In this document: piece after piece, positions 50,591 through 59,882 of the stretch | How the letters are laid out: each line of letters starts with the position of its first letter | Position numbering within the stretch: the first letter of the stretch is position 1 | Source of the DNA: Blastocatellia bacterium | GTDB lineage: Bacteria; Acidobacteriota; Blastocatellia; RBC074 | DNA: 59,882 nucleotides | Direction: 5' to 3' | Assembly (NCBI GenBank): GCA_046154695.1 | Contig: JBJXFI010000018.1 | Span: forward strand, 1 to 59,882 | The notes under the pieces: generated by a model | Database searches by the model: none | Told to the model about the DNA's origin: nothing | Seen by the model: the letters and a program-made list of their open reading frames with translations, nothing else | Made by a program: the position numbers and the translations under genes

Positions 50591-53506
50591 TCAGGCGACA
50601 AGGGTCTCGCTCACCTCCTGATCACCGAGTTTGGCCGTCAGGGTCAGGCTGGAGTTTCGCCCTTCCCCGCCGGCCATCTGGATCAGGCGGTCGAAGACGG
50701 CGAAGAGGGTGTTGTCTCCCTTGTCGAGATTATCGAAGCCCTGGAGCGCCCTGCCGAAATCGTCGAGGGCCGTCTCGAACTCTTTCGGCGGGATCTTGCC
50801 GTTCTGCCGGACGATTCTTGAGAGATTGCCCATGCCGTCGATCATTGCGTCTTCGATCCCATACAGGTTGACGAGCACCCGGAGCTGCGCCGGGCTGAGC
50901 CGCACACTCGCCGGGGCATTTTTGAAACCGACCGGCGAGGGATGGATCGGCTTGATCTCCCGGGTGTCGGCGGGGTTCACGAAGTCGGGCCGGTTGCGCA
51001 GCGTATAGACCCCCGGTGTCCAGTAGGCCCAGGCCAGTTCCTCGAAGTTCACCCCCCGGGAAATATAGTTGGAAAAGACGATCAGGCGCATCGTGCGGCG
51101 CAGGGCCTCTTCGATCGGGGGCTTGAACCTGCCGTCCTGATAGAAATCCTCATTGAGCAACGCCTGCAGGCTCTTCTCGGTGAAGCGCACATCGTAGGAG
51201 AGCGAGACCTTGCCGAAGTTTCCGTTCGCATCGACCGGCAGCAGCGTTTTCATCCGCTCGAAGGCTTCCTGCCCGGACGGCGAGAGGCCGAATTCCGCCG
51301 CGAATCCGAGATATTTCCGCAGCTCCTCCGGCCGGGTTTCGGGATCATCCAGAATCAGCTTGTAGCGGGCGGACATGTTCCGGATCGCATCGATGAGATA
51401 CATCTTGTTGGCGGGATCGAGCTCCAGCCGGCCCTCGGATTCGCCGATGAAGCGAAGGAGCAGGTTGGTGTAGACCCGCTCCCCCTGGCGTTTGCGCACC
51501 CGCTCCGCCTCCAGATCGAGCGTCGTAATGGCCGTCAGGACGCCGTTGCCGTCGGACTGGATGCGCTGGTCGGCCTGTGTGATCAGGCGATCGAGCCCCT
51601 CGTAATGCCATTTCCGATGCCAGCCGAGAATATTCATCGAGAAGCGGCTCTCGCGCGTGATCCGGCTCAGGATTCTTCCCTCGCGAATGACGACGAATTC
51701 CCTGTCGAAAGCGGCCAGGACGTTCTCGAAATTGCCGTGCCCGGCCTCGCGCATCAGATCGCGGCCGCCCTCCGTGTTGAGATCGAACTCGAAATCGAAG
51801 AGCGCCTCTCCCTCCGCGGTTCGGCTGTATTCGGCCTGCAGCTTGAACTGGAACGATTGATTGAGCGCTTCGGATACCTTTTGAAAGGCCGTGTCGCGAA
51901 ACTTCCGCATGGAGACGAGCACGCGGTTGAACTTCACGACGGCGTCATTCGCCGCGGGCGTCGAGATCGAGCCGATGACCTTTCCCATGACGCGCTCGAC
52001 AAAGGCGGTGAGCTTCCTGTCGGCCTTCCCCTTCAGCTTGTCGAAATCGGTGGCGTCGTCCAGCGCAACGAGAAAATGGTCGAGCGGAAACTCCGACTTC
52101 GCCAGCGCGACCAGGCGCCGGAGGTGCTCGTGCGCGGAGCTCTCGATCAGGGCGAGCGCCTGGGCGGCGCGAAGGCGAATCGCCTCCAGCGAGTTGGCCG
52201 CGCCGGCGGGCGGCGGCGTCTCACCGGTCATCCATCCGAACGGGTCGCCGTCGGTGAGCTGCTGGATCACACCCCAGAGGATGTTGCCCGCATCGACCCG
52301 CACCTCCATCTTCAGCGCCTGCCAGGTCGATGCCTCTTCGATCTTTCGCAGGGCCGTCCGCAGCCGGACGTCGACCTCCTTCCTGACCGGATCGAAGTAT
52401 TTGTCGAAGAGCGTGACGGCGTGATTTCCCGCCTCCCGATACGAGGACGTGATCTCGTGGGCGCGCGCGAGAACCTCATCGAGCTTCGTCCGCTCCCGAA
52501 GTTCCTCGAAGGCGAAGCCCGTTGACCGCTCGATGAAGACTTTGGCGAGGTTGTCGACATAGGCTTCGAGGTCGTCGAAATCCCGAACACCGGCGATCTG
52601 ATCGAAGAGGTTCAGCCAATTCTTCGAGTTCAGGCCGAGGATCGTGGCCAGCAGATCATTGGCGCTTTCGGGCCAGCCCTCGGCCTCGACCTTCGCCGAG
52701 GCGTTGACGGTCGCGCCGACGGACAAACCGCGGCTCGCGCTCTTGCTGATCGTCACGCGCCCCCAGCCGGGCTCGCCGCCCTCACGAACCACGACCTTGA
52801 AATGGCCCAACAGCTTCGCGCCAAGACTGAGTCTCGCCGCCAGCGCGAAGTCCACCTTCTGCGAAAGCGCCAGCTCTCCGATCGAGAACGACGGCGCGCC
52901 GGACACTTCATAGCCGAAATTGACGCCCGCCTTGAAATTGAGATAGCCGCCGTACTCGAAGACGATGACCTGACCCTGCGCCGGCGCCGCCGTGACATCG
53001 GCCGGCATGCTCATTGCGCCGAAAAAGTCGCGAATGAGCTTTTCCGCCGGGGTGTCGGCGGGCGCCGATCGAACCATCCAATACCCGGCCTCGACGCCCG
53101 CGCTGAGCGTGGCGCTCGCCGATAAAAGCCCGTGCCGCACCTTCGTCGCGAGATTCGCGCCGGCTCCCCCGCCCGCCTCGAAGACCAGCAGGATCCGGTC
53201 CGGATGGGCGGCGAAATAGTCCGCCATGCCGAAGGCGGCGAGCGGTTTTGCGCGCTCGGTCGAACTCTCCTTCCACAGCGCGGCAAGACGGCACCTCGCC
53301 CCGGCTTCCAGGCCCAGCTTGACGCTGTTTCCGGACCCGAGAGCCAGCGAGCGGCCCCCGCCCATCTCCGCTCCGACCCGAAACAGGTCCGCCTCCGTCG
53401 GCGCCAGCGGCGCCAGGGGATTGGGAACGAACAGCTCGATCGAGAGCGCGCCGTCTCCGGACGCTCCGGCCTTGATATCCTCTCGCTTGATCTTGATCTC
53501 CGGCAT
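50591..53506 (-). CDS. Large orphan protein (971-997 aa), no recognisable domain
   Basis: Long uninterrupted ORF with coding-like composition. ATG at 53506 preceded by AAAGGAAACA (alternative ATG at 53584). The N-terminal ~300 aa are Gly/Ala/Ser-rich and beta-strand-like; the rest is helical. No signal peptide or TM segment. Confidence 0.75.
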   Translation of the reverse strand: MPEIKIKREDIKAGASGDGALSIELFVPNPLAPLAPTEADLFRVGAEMGGGRSLALGSGNSVKLGLEAGARCRLAALWKESSTERAKPLAAFGMADYFAAHPDRILLVFEAGGGAGANLATKVRHGLLSASATLSAGVEAGYWMVRSAPADTPAEKLIRDFFGAMSMPADVTAAPAQGQVIVFEYGGYLNFKAGVNFGYEVSGAPSFSIGELALSQKVDFALAARLSLGAKLLGHFKVVVREGGEPGWGRVTISKSASRGLSVGATVNASAKVEAEGWPESANDLLATILGLNSKNWLNLFDQIAGVRDFDDLEAYVDNLAKVFIERSTGFAFEELRERTKLDEVLARAHEITSSYREAGNHAVTLFDKYFDPVRKEVDVRLRTALRKIEEASTWQALKMEVRVDAGNILWGVIQQLTDGDPFGWMTGETPPPAGAANSLEAIRLRAAQALALIESSAHEHLRRLVALAKSEFPLDHFLVALDDATDFDKLKGKADRKLTAFVERVMGKVIGSISTPAANDAVVKFNRVLVSMRKFRDTAFQKVSEALNQSFQFKLQAEYSRTAEGEALFDFEFDLNTEGGRDLMREAGHGNFENVLAAFDREFVVIREGRILSRITRESRFSMNILGWHRKWHYEGLDRLITQADQRIQSDGNGVLTAITTLDLEAERVRKRQGERVYTNLLLRFIGESEGRLELDPANKMYLIDAIRNMSARYKLILDDPETRPEELRKYLGFAAEFGLSPSGQEAFERMKTLLPVDANGNFGKVSLSYDVRFTEKSLQALLNEDFYQDGRFKPPIEEALRRTMRLIVFSNYISRGVNFEELAWAYWTPGVYTLRNRPDFVNPADTREIKPIHPSPVGFKNAPASVRLSPAQLRVLVNLYGIEDAMIDGMGNLSRIVRQNGKIPPKEFETALDDFGRALQGFDNLDKGDNTLFAVFDRLIQMAGGEGRNSSLTLTAKLGDQEVSETLVA

Positions 53507-53847
53507 TGTTTCCTTTCGTGAAACTCCCTCGCTGCAAATTCTACGGGCGATATCGAGACGAGGTCCTTCAAGGGCGTCCGTCATCCACCCGGGCTTCGCC
53601 TCCTCGTTTCGGCGAAGTATTCAATCCTCTCCCGTATTTTTCAATCTCCCTGCCGGATAAATCCAGCGATCGACGGCTCCGGATGGCTCATTTTCCCCGC
53701 GTCCGCGCGATAACCCTTTCAAATCAGGGGTTCGCGAATGTGGCCCGCCTTTTGCAGCTACGCCATATGGGGGGCCGGTTTTCAACCGGCCCTGCTACAA
53801 GGCGGACCGGTTGGAAACCGGCCAAACATTTTTTCAAGGAAAAAATA

Positions 53848-54354
53848 ATGAAAAAACTGATTGTGACAATGACTCTCCTGCTGCTTTCAACCGGCCTCGC
53901 GCTCGCGCAGACGCCGCGGCCGCCGCAGAAGGAATACATGGGCCAGGGATATGTGTACATTGGCCCGGGCGCCTTCACCACCGACTCGGACGCCCTGCTC
54001 CATTTCGGCGGCGGGGGCGAGGGATTTCTCAAGGGGGGCCTCGCCGCCGGAGTCGAATTCGGGGGCTTTTCGAACGCGAAAAATCTCTCCAACGGATTCG
54101 GCGTTCTCTCGCCCGGCGTCTCCTATCACTTTCTGAAGGCGAGCCGGTCCGGCAAGGTCGTGCCGTTCGTGACCGGGGGATACACGCTCTTCTTTTCCTC
54201 CGATGGCGTCGACAACGGAATCCATTTCGGCGGGGGCGTCAACTACTGGTTCAAGGAACGGATCGGGCTGCGCATCGAGGTGCGCGACCACGCGCCGTAT
54301 CCCTTCACCGATTTTCACATCGTCGGTTTCCGGTTCGGTTTCGCGTTTCGCTGA
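53848..54354 (+). CDS. Small outer-membrane beta-barrel protein (OmpW/OmpA_membrane-like, porin family)
   Basis: Signal 'LIVTMTLLLLSTGLALAQ', alternating Gly/aromatic strands, C-terminal 'VGFRFGFAFR' ending in an aromatic + R. Confidence 0.75.
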   Translation: MKKLIVTMTLLLLSTGLALAQTPRPPQKEYMGQGYVYIGPGAFTTDSDALLHFGGGGEGFLKGGLAAGVEFGGFSNAKNLSNGFGVLSPGVSYHFLKASRSGKVVPFVTGGYTLFFSSDGVDNGIHFGGGVNYWFKERIGLRIEVRDHAPYPFTDFHIVGFRFGFAFR

Positions 54355-54371
54355 GCCACGGTTGTCCGGGC

Positions 54372-55358
<987 letters not shown>

Positions 55359-55422
55359 ACTCGATCGAGTCTGGAGCCCGGCGTCCGAGGTTCGCTTCTC
55401 CCGCGGTGAGTCGATGGCCGGC

Positions 55423-55806
55423 TCACGATTCCGGGTGTTGAACCTCCGCCTCCGGGCTCTCAGGCAACTCCTTCTTGATTTCTTCGATCAACTGCATCAT
55501 CCGGTCGCCCTGTTCGATCGTATCGTCATAGGCGAATGTGATCTCCGGAACGGACCGCAATCGGATCCGCGATCCGACCTGCCGGCGGATGAATCCGGCC
55601 GCGCGCGTGAGCGCGGCGAGCGTCTCCTTTTTCTCGTCGGGGGCTCCCAGGACGCTGACCATTACCTTGGCATAACGAAGGTCGGGGCTGAGCTTCACGT
55701 CGGTGATGGTGGCAAATCCCACGCGCGGATCCTTTACCTCTTGAGCGATGATGCCGCTGAGCAACTGCCGCAGATCTTCCCCCAGTTTTCGCGCGCGATG
55801 GGACAT
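55423..55806 (-). CDS. rbfA: 30S ribosome-binding factor A
   Basis: 'RARKLGEDLRQLLSGIIAQEVKDPRVGFATITDVKLSPDLRYAKVMVSV..VPEITFAYDDTIEQG'. The longer ORF-track start runs into a repeat element. Confidence 0.9.
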   Translation of the reverse strand: MSHRARKLGEDLRQLLSGIIAQEVKDPRVGFATITDVKLSPDLRYAKVMVSVLGAPDEKKETLAALTRAAGFIRRQVGSRIRLRSVPEITFAYDDTIEQGDRMMQLIEEIKKELPESPEAEVQHPES

Positions 55807-55976
55807 AGAAAAAAACCGATCCTTCCCCATCCTATTCCCATTGCCCATCTGACATCTTGCGTTGATTCGCCGCGCAAGGCATTCCGGCAATGGAAAATGG
55901 AAAATGATAAATGAACTCGGCGGATCTCTTCTGGAGGCCCGCCAGTGGCGCCACTCAGAAGCAAGCCCCCGCCCCT

Positions 55977-56077
55977 GAGAGAAGAGAACAACGGAACAAA
56001 CGGAAATAACGGAACAACAAGAATCAACCAATACTTTCATTCTCAGGCTCCGTGTGCTCCGTTATCTCCCCTTTCTC
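55977..56077. repeat. ACGGAA-type palindromic element, copy III (degenerate right arm)
   Basis: AACGGAACAAACGGAAATAACGGAAC .. GGCTCCGTGTGCTCCGTTATCTCC in the infB-rbfA intergenic gap. The loop/right arm is similar to copy II (GAGGCTCCGTTTGTTCCGTTATTTCC). Confidence 0.7.
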
Positions 56078-56110
56078 AATGACCGGGTGGATGACTTATA
56101 AAGTGCTCCA

Positions 56111-58975
56111 CTAGAGCTTGGTCGGGGCTATCTTCTCGACGATATAGGCCTCGATGATGTCGCCCATCTTGAAATCATTGAATCGATCGACGGTGATTCC
56201 GCACTCGTATCCCTGTTGAACTTCGCTGACGTCATCCTTGAAGCGCCGCAGACTGCCGATCGAGGACTCGAAGACGACGACATTGTCGCGAATGAGGCGC
56301 GCCTGGGCGGTGCGCTTGATCAAGCCGTTGGTGACCATGCAGCCGGCGATATTGCCGATGCGGGGGACGCGAATGATGTCGCGGACCTCGGCCTTGCCGA
56401 GCACGACATCCTTGAGCGTGGCATCCATCAGGCCGAGCATGGAATTGCGAATCTCCTCCTCGACCTTGTAGATGATCGAGTGGAGGCGGATGTCGACCTG
56501 TTCCTGTTTGGCGACCTCTTCGGCGCGCGTTTCGGGGCGCACGTTGAAGCCGATGATGACGGTGGCCGCGCCGGTTTCGGTGGCGTTCGAGGCGCTGGCG
56601 AGCAGCACGTCATCATAGGTGATGGCGCCGACCGCGGAGCGGATGATGCGAACCTTGACCTTGTCGGTCGAGAGTTTCGTGAGCGTATCCTTGAGCACCT
56701 CGACCGAGCCCTGCACGTCGGCCTTGAGAATGACGAGCAGTTCCTTGACCTCGCCCGTCTCCATCTGGGCGGCGAGTTGATCGAGGCCGCGGGCGGCGGT
56801 GCGGGCGAGCGCCGTGATGCGCGCCTTCGCCTGCCGCTGCTGGGAGATCTGCTGGGCCTTGACCACGTCGCTGACGACCTGGAACTGGTCGCCGGCGGCG
56901 GGGACGCCCTCCAGGCCGAGAACCTCGACCGGCGTCGCGGGGCCCGTCTCCAGAATGCGTTCGCCGATGTCGTTCATCAGCGCGCGAACCTTGCCCGAGA
57001 AATTTCCGACGATGAAGGGCTCTCCGATGCGAAGGGTGCCGTTCTGAATGAGAACGGTGGCGACGGCGCCGCGGCCGCGATCGAGTTTGGCCTCGAGAAC
57101 GGTGCCGGTGGCCATGCGCTTCGGATTGGCCTTCAGATCGAGAATATCGGCCGACAGGAGGATCATTTCGAGCAGGCCGTCGATATTCTCCCGCTTCTTG
57201 GCGGAGACTTCGACCATTTCGATCTCGCCGCCCCATTTGCTCCACAGCAGGCCGCGATCGGCAAGCTCCTTGCGAACGCGATCGGGATTGGCATCGGGTT
57301 TGTCGATCTTGTTGATCGCGACGACGATCGGGACGACGGCGGCCTTGGCATGTTCGATGGCCTCGACTGTCTGGGGCATCACGCCGTCATCGGCGGCGAC
57401 GACCAGGACGACGATGTCCGTCACGCGGGCGCCGCGGGCGCGCATCATCGTGAAGGCTTCGTGACCGGGCGTGTCGAGAAAGACAACGCGCCGGTCCTTG
57501 CCCGGCGTATCGGGGTTGGGAACCTGCACCGAATAAGCGCCGATGTGCTGGGTGATGCCGCCCGCCTCGCCTTCGGCGACGCGCGCCGAGCGGATGCCGT
57601 CGAGCAGGCTCGTCTTTCCATGATCGACGTGGCCCATGACGGTGATGACCGGGGCGCGCGGATCGGTGTCTTCCATCGCCTCGGGGGTGACCTCGAATTC
57701 GGTCTCGATGATCATGTCCTCGAAATCGCCGAAGGAGACATCCCATCCGTAATCTTTTCCGAGGTCCCGCGCCATATCGAGACTGATGGTTTGATTGATC
57801 GTGGCCATCACGCCGCGCTGCATCAGGGCGGTAACGATGTCGCGGGGTTTCGCCTCGATCTTTTCAGCGAACTCACGAACCGTGCTGCCCTCGACGAGGC
57901 GAATCGGCTTCAGATCGACCGGCGCCAGTTTGGCGGCCTGCGCGGGCGCGAAGCCCGCCTGCTTTCGCTGCCCCTGGCGCTGCTTGTTGCCTTCCTCGAA
58001 CTTGTCCTTCTCCTTGTTGCGCTGCTGATTTCGCCCCTTCGGGCGCTGATCCTTGGGCGGAATGTAAACCGTCCGCTGTTGCGCCCCCGAGGGAAGAATA
58101 TGGACATCCTTGTCGCGGCCTTCACGCGGCGCGCCGGGGCGGGCTGCGGCACCCTGCGGCGCGCGTTCTCCGCTCCGCTGCGTGGACGCCGATCTGGCCG
58201 GCGGCTGCGCCTTCACCACGGACTTGGGCGCGGGCTTCGGCAGGGGCGCGCGAGGCGCCAGTTTAATGACCTTGGTCCCTCCCGCTCCAGCGGCCGCCCC
58301 GGGCGTGGCCCGAACCGGACTGGCGGGCGCGGGCGGTTTTGGCGGGGCCTCCGCCGCAACCGGCTGCGCGGACGGAGTCTCGGCAACCGCGCCTTCCGCG
58401 CCGAAAGGCGCGGCGGCCGGCGTTTCCACGGGCGCCGCCGGCTCGCCCATCGCTTCGGACTGCTCGGCCGCCGGAGTCTCGACAACCGACGGCGCCTCGG
58501 CCTGCGCGGCCGCGGGCGGCGTGATCCTGGTGACGCGCACCTCCGGCTCTTCCGCCGGCGGGGCAGCGGCCTCCACCGCGGGAGCCTGCTCCGCCATAAC
58601 CTGCGACTTCGGCGCGCGCGGCGTGATCTGTTTGATGGTGGTTTGCGGCGCCGCGGGCGCGGACGGCCCGGATGGCCCGGACGCGGCAGACGTGACCTCA
58701 GCGGGAATCGGCTCCGGCGCGCCATGCTCAGCCGTCGCGGAAGCCTCAGCTGCCTCCGCCGCCGACGGGTGATGCTTGATCAAACGGGCCGTGCGCGGGG
58801 CCGGCGCGACGTCTTTCTTCGGATAGTACATCTCGCGGATCTTCGCCGCGATGTTGTCTTCCAGCGTATTGGAGGGCACGCTGACGTCAACGCCCATACG
58901 CCGGGCATCCTCGAGGATCTTCTTGCTCTCGAGTTTCAGTTCTTTCGCTAAATCGTAAATTCGTACCTTACCCAT
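56111..58975 (-). CDS. infB: Translation initiation factor IF-2
   Basis: '[18 protein letters not shown]', G domain '[26 protein letters not shown]', long Ala/Pro-rich N-terminal region. Confidence 0.97.
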   Translation of the reverse strand: MGKVRIYDLAKELKLESKKILEDARRMGVDVSVPSNTLEDNIAAKIREMYYPKKDVAPAPRTARLIKHHPSAAEAAEASATAEHGAPEPIPAEVTSAASGPSGPSAPAAPQTTIKQITPRAPKSQVMAEQAPAVEAAAPPAEEPEVRVTRITPPAAAQAEAPSVVETPAAEQSEAMGEPAAPVETPAAAPFGAEGAVAETPSAQPVAAEAPPKPPAPASPVRATPGAAAGAGGTKVIKLAPRAPLPKPAPKSVVKAQPPARSASTQRSGERAPQGAAARPGAPREGRDKDVHILPSGAQQRTVYIPPKDQRPKGRNQQRNKEKDKFEEGNKQRQGQRKQAGFAPAQAAKLAPVDLKPIRLVEGSTVREFAEKIEAKPRDIVTALMQRGVMATINQTISLDMARDLGKDYGWDVSFGDFEDMIIETEFEVTPEAMEDTDPRAPVITVMGHVDHGKTSLLDGIRSARVAEGEAGGITQHIGAYSVQVPNPDTPGKDRRVVFLDTPGHEAFTMMRARGARVTDIVVLVVAADDGVMPQTVEAIEHAKAAVVPIVVAINKIDKPDANPDRVRKELADRGLLWSKWGGEIEMVEVSAKKRENIDGLLEMILLSADILDLKANPKRMATGTVLEAKLDRGRGAVATVLIQNGTLRIGEPFIVGNFSGKVRALMNDIGERILETGPATPVEVLGLEGVPAAGDQFQVVSDVVKAQQISQQRQAKARITALARTAARGLDQLAAQMETGEVKELLVILKADVQGSVEVLKDTLTKLSTDKVKVRIIRSAVGAITYDDVLLASASNATETGAATVIIGFNVRPETRAEEVAKQEQVDIRLHSIIYKVEEEIRNSMLGLMDATLKDVVLGKAEVRDIIRVPRIGNIAGCMVTNGLIKRTAQARLIRDNVVVFESSIGSLRRFKDDVSEVQQGYECGITVDRFNDFKMGDIIEAYIVEKIAPTKL

Positions 58976-59300
58976 TCAATCCTTTGAGAGTTAAGAGTTT
59001 GGGAGTTAGAGGAGCAACACGAAGGAATCAATCCGTCGAAAACTCCCCCCGTTCCCCGGGCCTGAATTCGGCCTCTTACTCAGGCCGGCCCCCCGCGACA
59101 ATCGCGAGTATAAAAAGGAGAGGGGGGAGGCGAACAGCTTGACGCCTGTCCCACATCGGAGGAATCGAAAGAGCTCATGACCATTCGGGTCCAATTGGGG
59201 CCGTAATGATCAACGACCTGACCGCAGGCCGTAGCTCCTCAACTCCACATCGGCTACCGATCCTGTCAGTCAACTCCCAGCATTTTCCGAACCCTCGTAA

Positions 59301-59882
59301 TCATTCAGCCTTCTCGTCCGTTTCAGAGGACGGCCCCACTTCGCCCTCGTCGTCACCATCTCCCTCGGACGCTTCTTCAGCCTCCTCGGATGACTGCTCG
59401 GAAGCCTCTTCGGACTCCTCGGGCTCCTCTTCGGACATTTCCCCGGGCTCCTCTTCGGACGTTTCCCCGGGCTCCTCTTCGGACATTTCCTCGGGCTCCT
59501 CTTCGGACGCGGCCTCGGCGTCTTCTTCCTCTTCCGACGCTTCGGAGGCGTCTTCGTCGGACGCATCTTCGACCTCGAGGCCGCTTTCGTCCTCTTCGGC
59601 TGACTCTTCCACGATCTCTTCGCCGAACTCGTCCGTTACGCGGGCCCGGCGGGCATCGGTGATGGCCACGGCCATATCGAGCAGCTCCTGCGCCTCGTCG
59701 ATGCTCAGATCGAGCCAGTCGGAGACATCGTCAACGGTGGCTTCCGCCAGTTGCTCAATCGTCTCGATGCCGTGTTCGGCGAGCGCGTCGCTGTCGCCGA
59801 TCGAAATACCCTCGATCTGCGAGAGCTTCACGATGGGAGCGGTGATCATCTGCTCCATCTGCGAGGCGATCTCGCGTTTCAT
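59301..59882 (-). CDS. nusA: Transcription termination/antitermination factor NusA, C-terminal part (5' end lies beyond the window)
   Basis: HhH-like 'LSQIEGISIGDSDALAEHGIETIEQLAEATVDD', then a long acidic tail. Position upstream of infB. The ORF is open to the window edge. Confidence 0.8.
   Translation of the reverse strand: MKREIASQMEQMITAPIVKLSQIEGISIGDSDALAEHGIETIEQLAEATVDDVSDWLDLSIDEAQELLDMAVAITDARRARVTDEFGEEIVEESAEEDESGLEVEDASDEDASEASEEEEDAEAASEEEPEEMSEEEPGETSEEEPGEMSEEEPEESEEASEQSSEEAEEASEGDGDDEGEVGPSSETDEKAE

Noticed and set aside
59006-59194. 62-aa ORF in the nusA-infB gap, considered as the YlxR/DUF448 gene usually found there.
   Set aside because: It has no CxxC or GRG(A/V)Y-type YlxR motif and no SD. 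The gap seems to lack ylxR.
59270-59566. 98-aa Lys/Arg/Pro-rich ORF 'KRSPRKCPKRSPGKRPKRSPG'.
   Set aside because: It is an alternate-frame translation of the NusA acidic-tail tandem repeat on the same strand.

Overview
High-GC bacterial chromosomal window, probably Acidobacteriota: it carries Solibacter-type TIGR03437-like and TIGR03436-like (acidobacterial VWA) domains. All family names are recognised from sequence motifs by eye and from memory. No database search was run. Gene content in order: a large adhesin-like protein; a long ECF-like sigma / anti-sigma pair; ArnC/ArnT-like glycosyltransferases; an ISAzo13-like IS with perfect 21-bp terminal inverted repeats; a hopanoid-associated group (fni, hpnG-like, yjbQ, hpnA-like); an accessory island at ~20.4-33.2 kb; frdABCD next to a second sdhCAB complex II; a lower-GC two-gene islet; a cytochrome c; a MacA/MacB-like exporter with only a permease remnant; a 997-aa orphan protein; and the tail of the nusA-infB-rbfA-nrnA operon. 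The most interesting part is the 20.4-33.2 kb island. It holds four tandem ATP-grasp paralogues, three of which carry motifs that look like the eukaryote/archaea-type inositol polyphosphate kinase ITPK1 family rather than RimK ligases. They are interleaved with an MFS transporter and followed by a beta-propeller phytase. Next comes a fusion of zinc ribbon, FHA domain, degenerate (pseudo)kinase and a paralogous MFS transporter. The island is preceded by a divergent FHA-TPR-receiver protein. I propose this as a candidate, apparently undescribed, bacterial inositol-polyphosphate uptake, remodelling or signalling system. The window also contains several intergenic repeat families: a ~150-nt two-hairpin leader that supplies the Shine-Dalgarno sequence to two unrelated genes, ACGGAA-type palindromes, a G-rich 14-bp tandem array, a ~250-bp compound palindrome, and GTTCGGAGTTCCGCC motifs.
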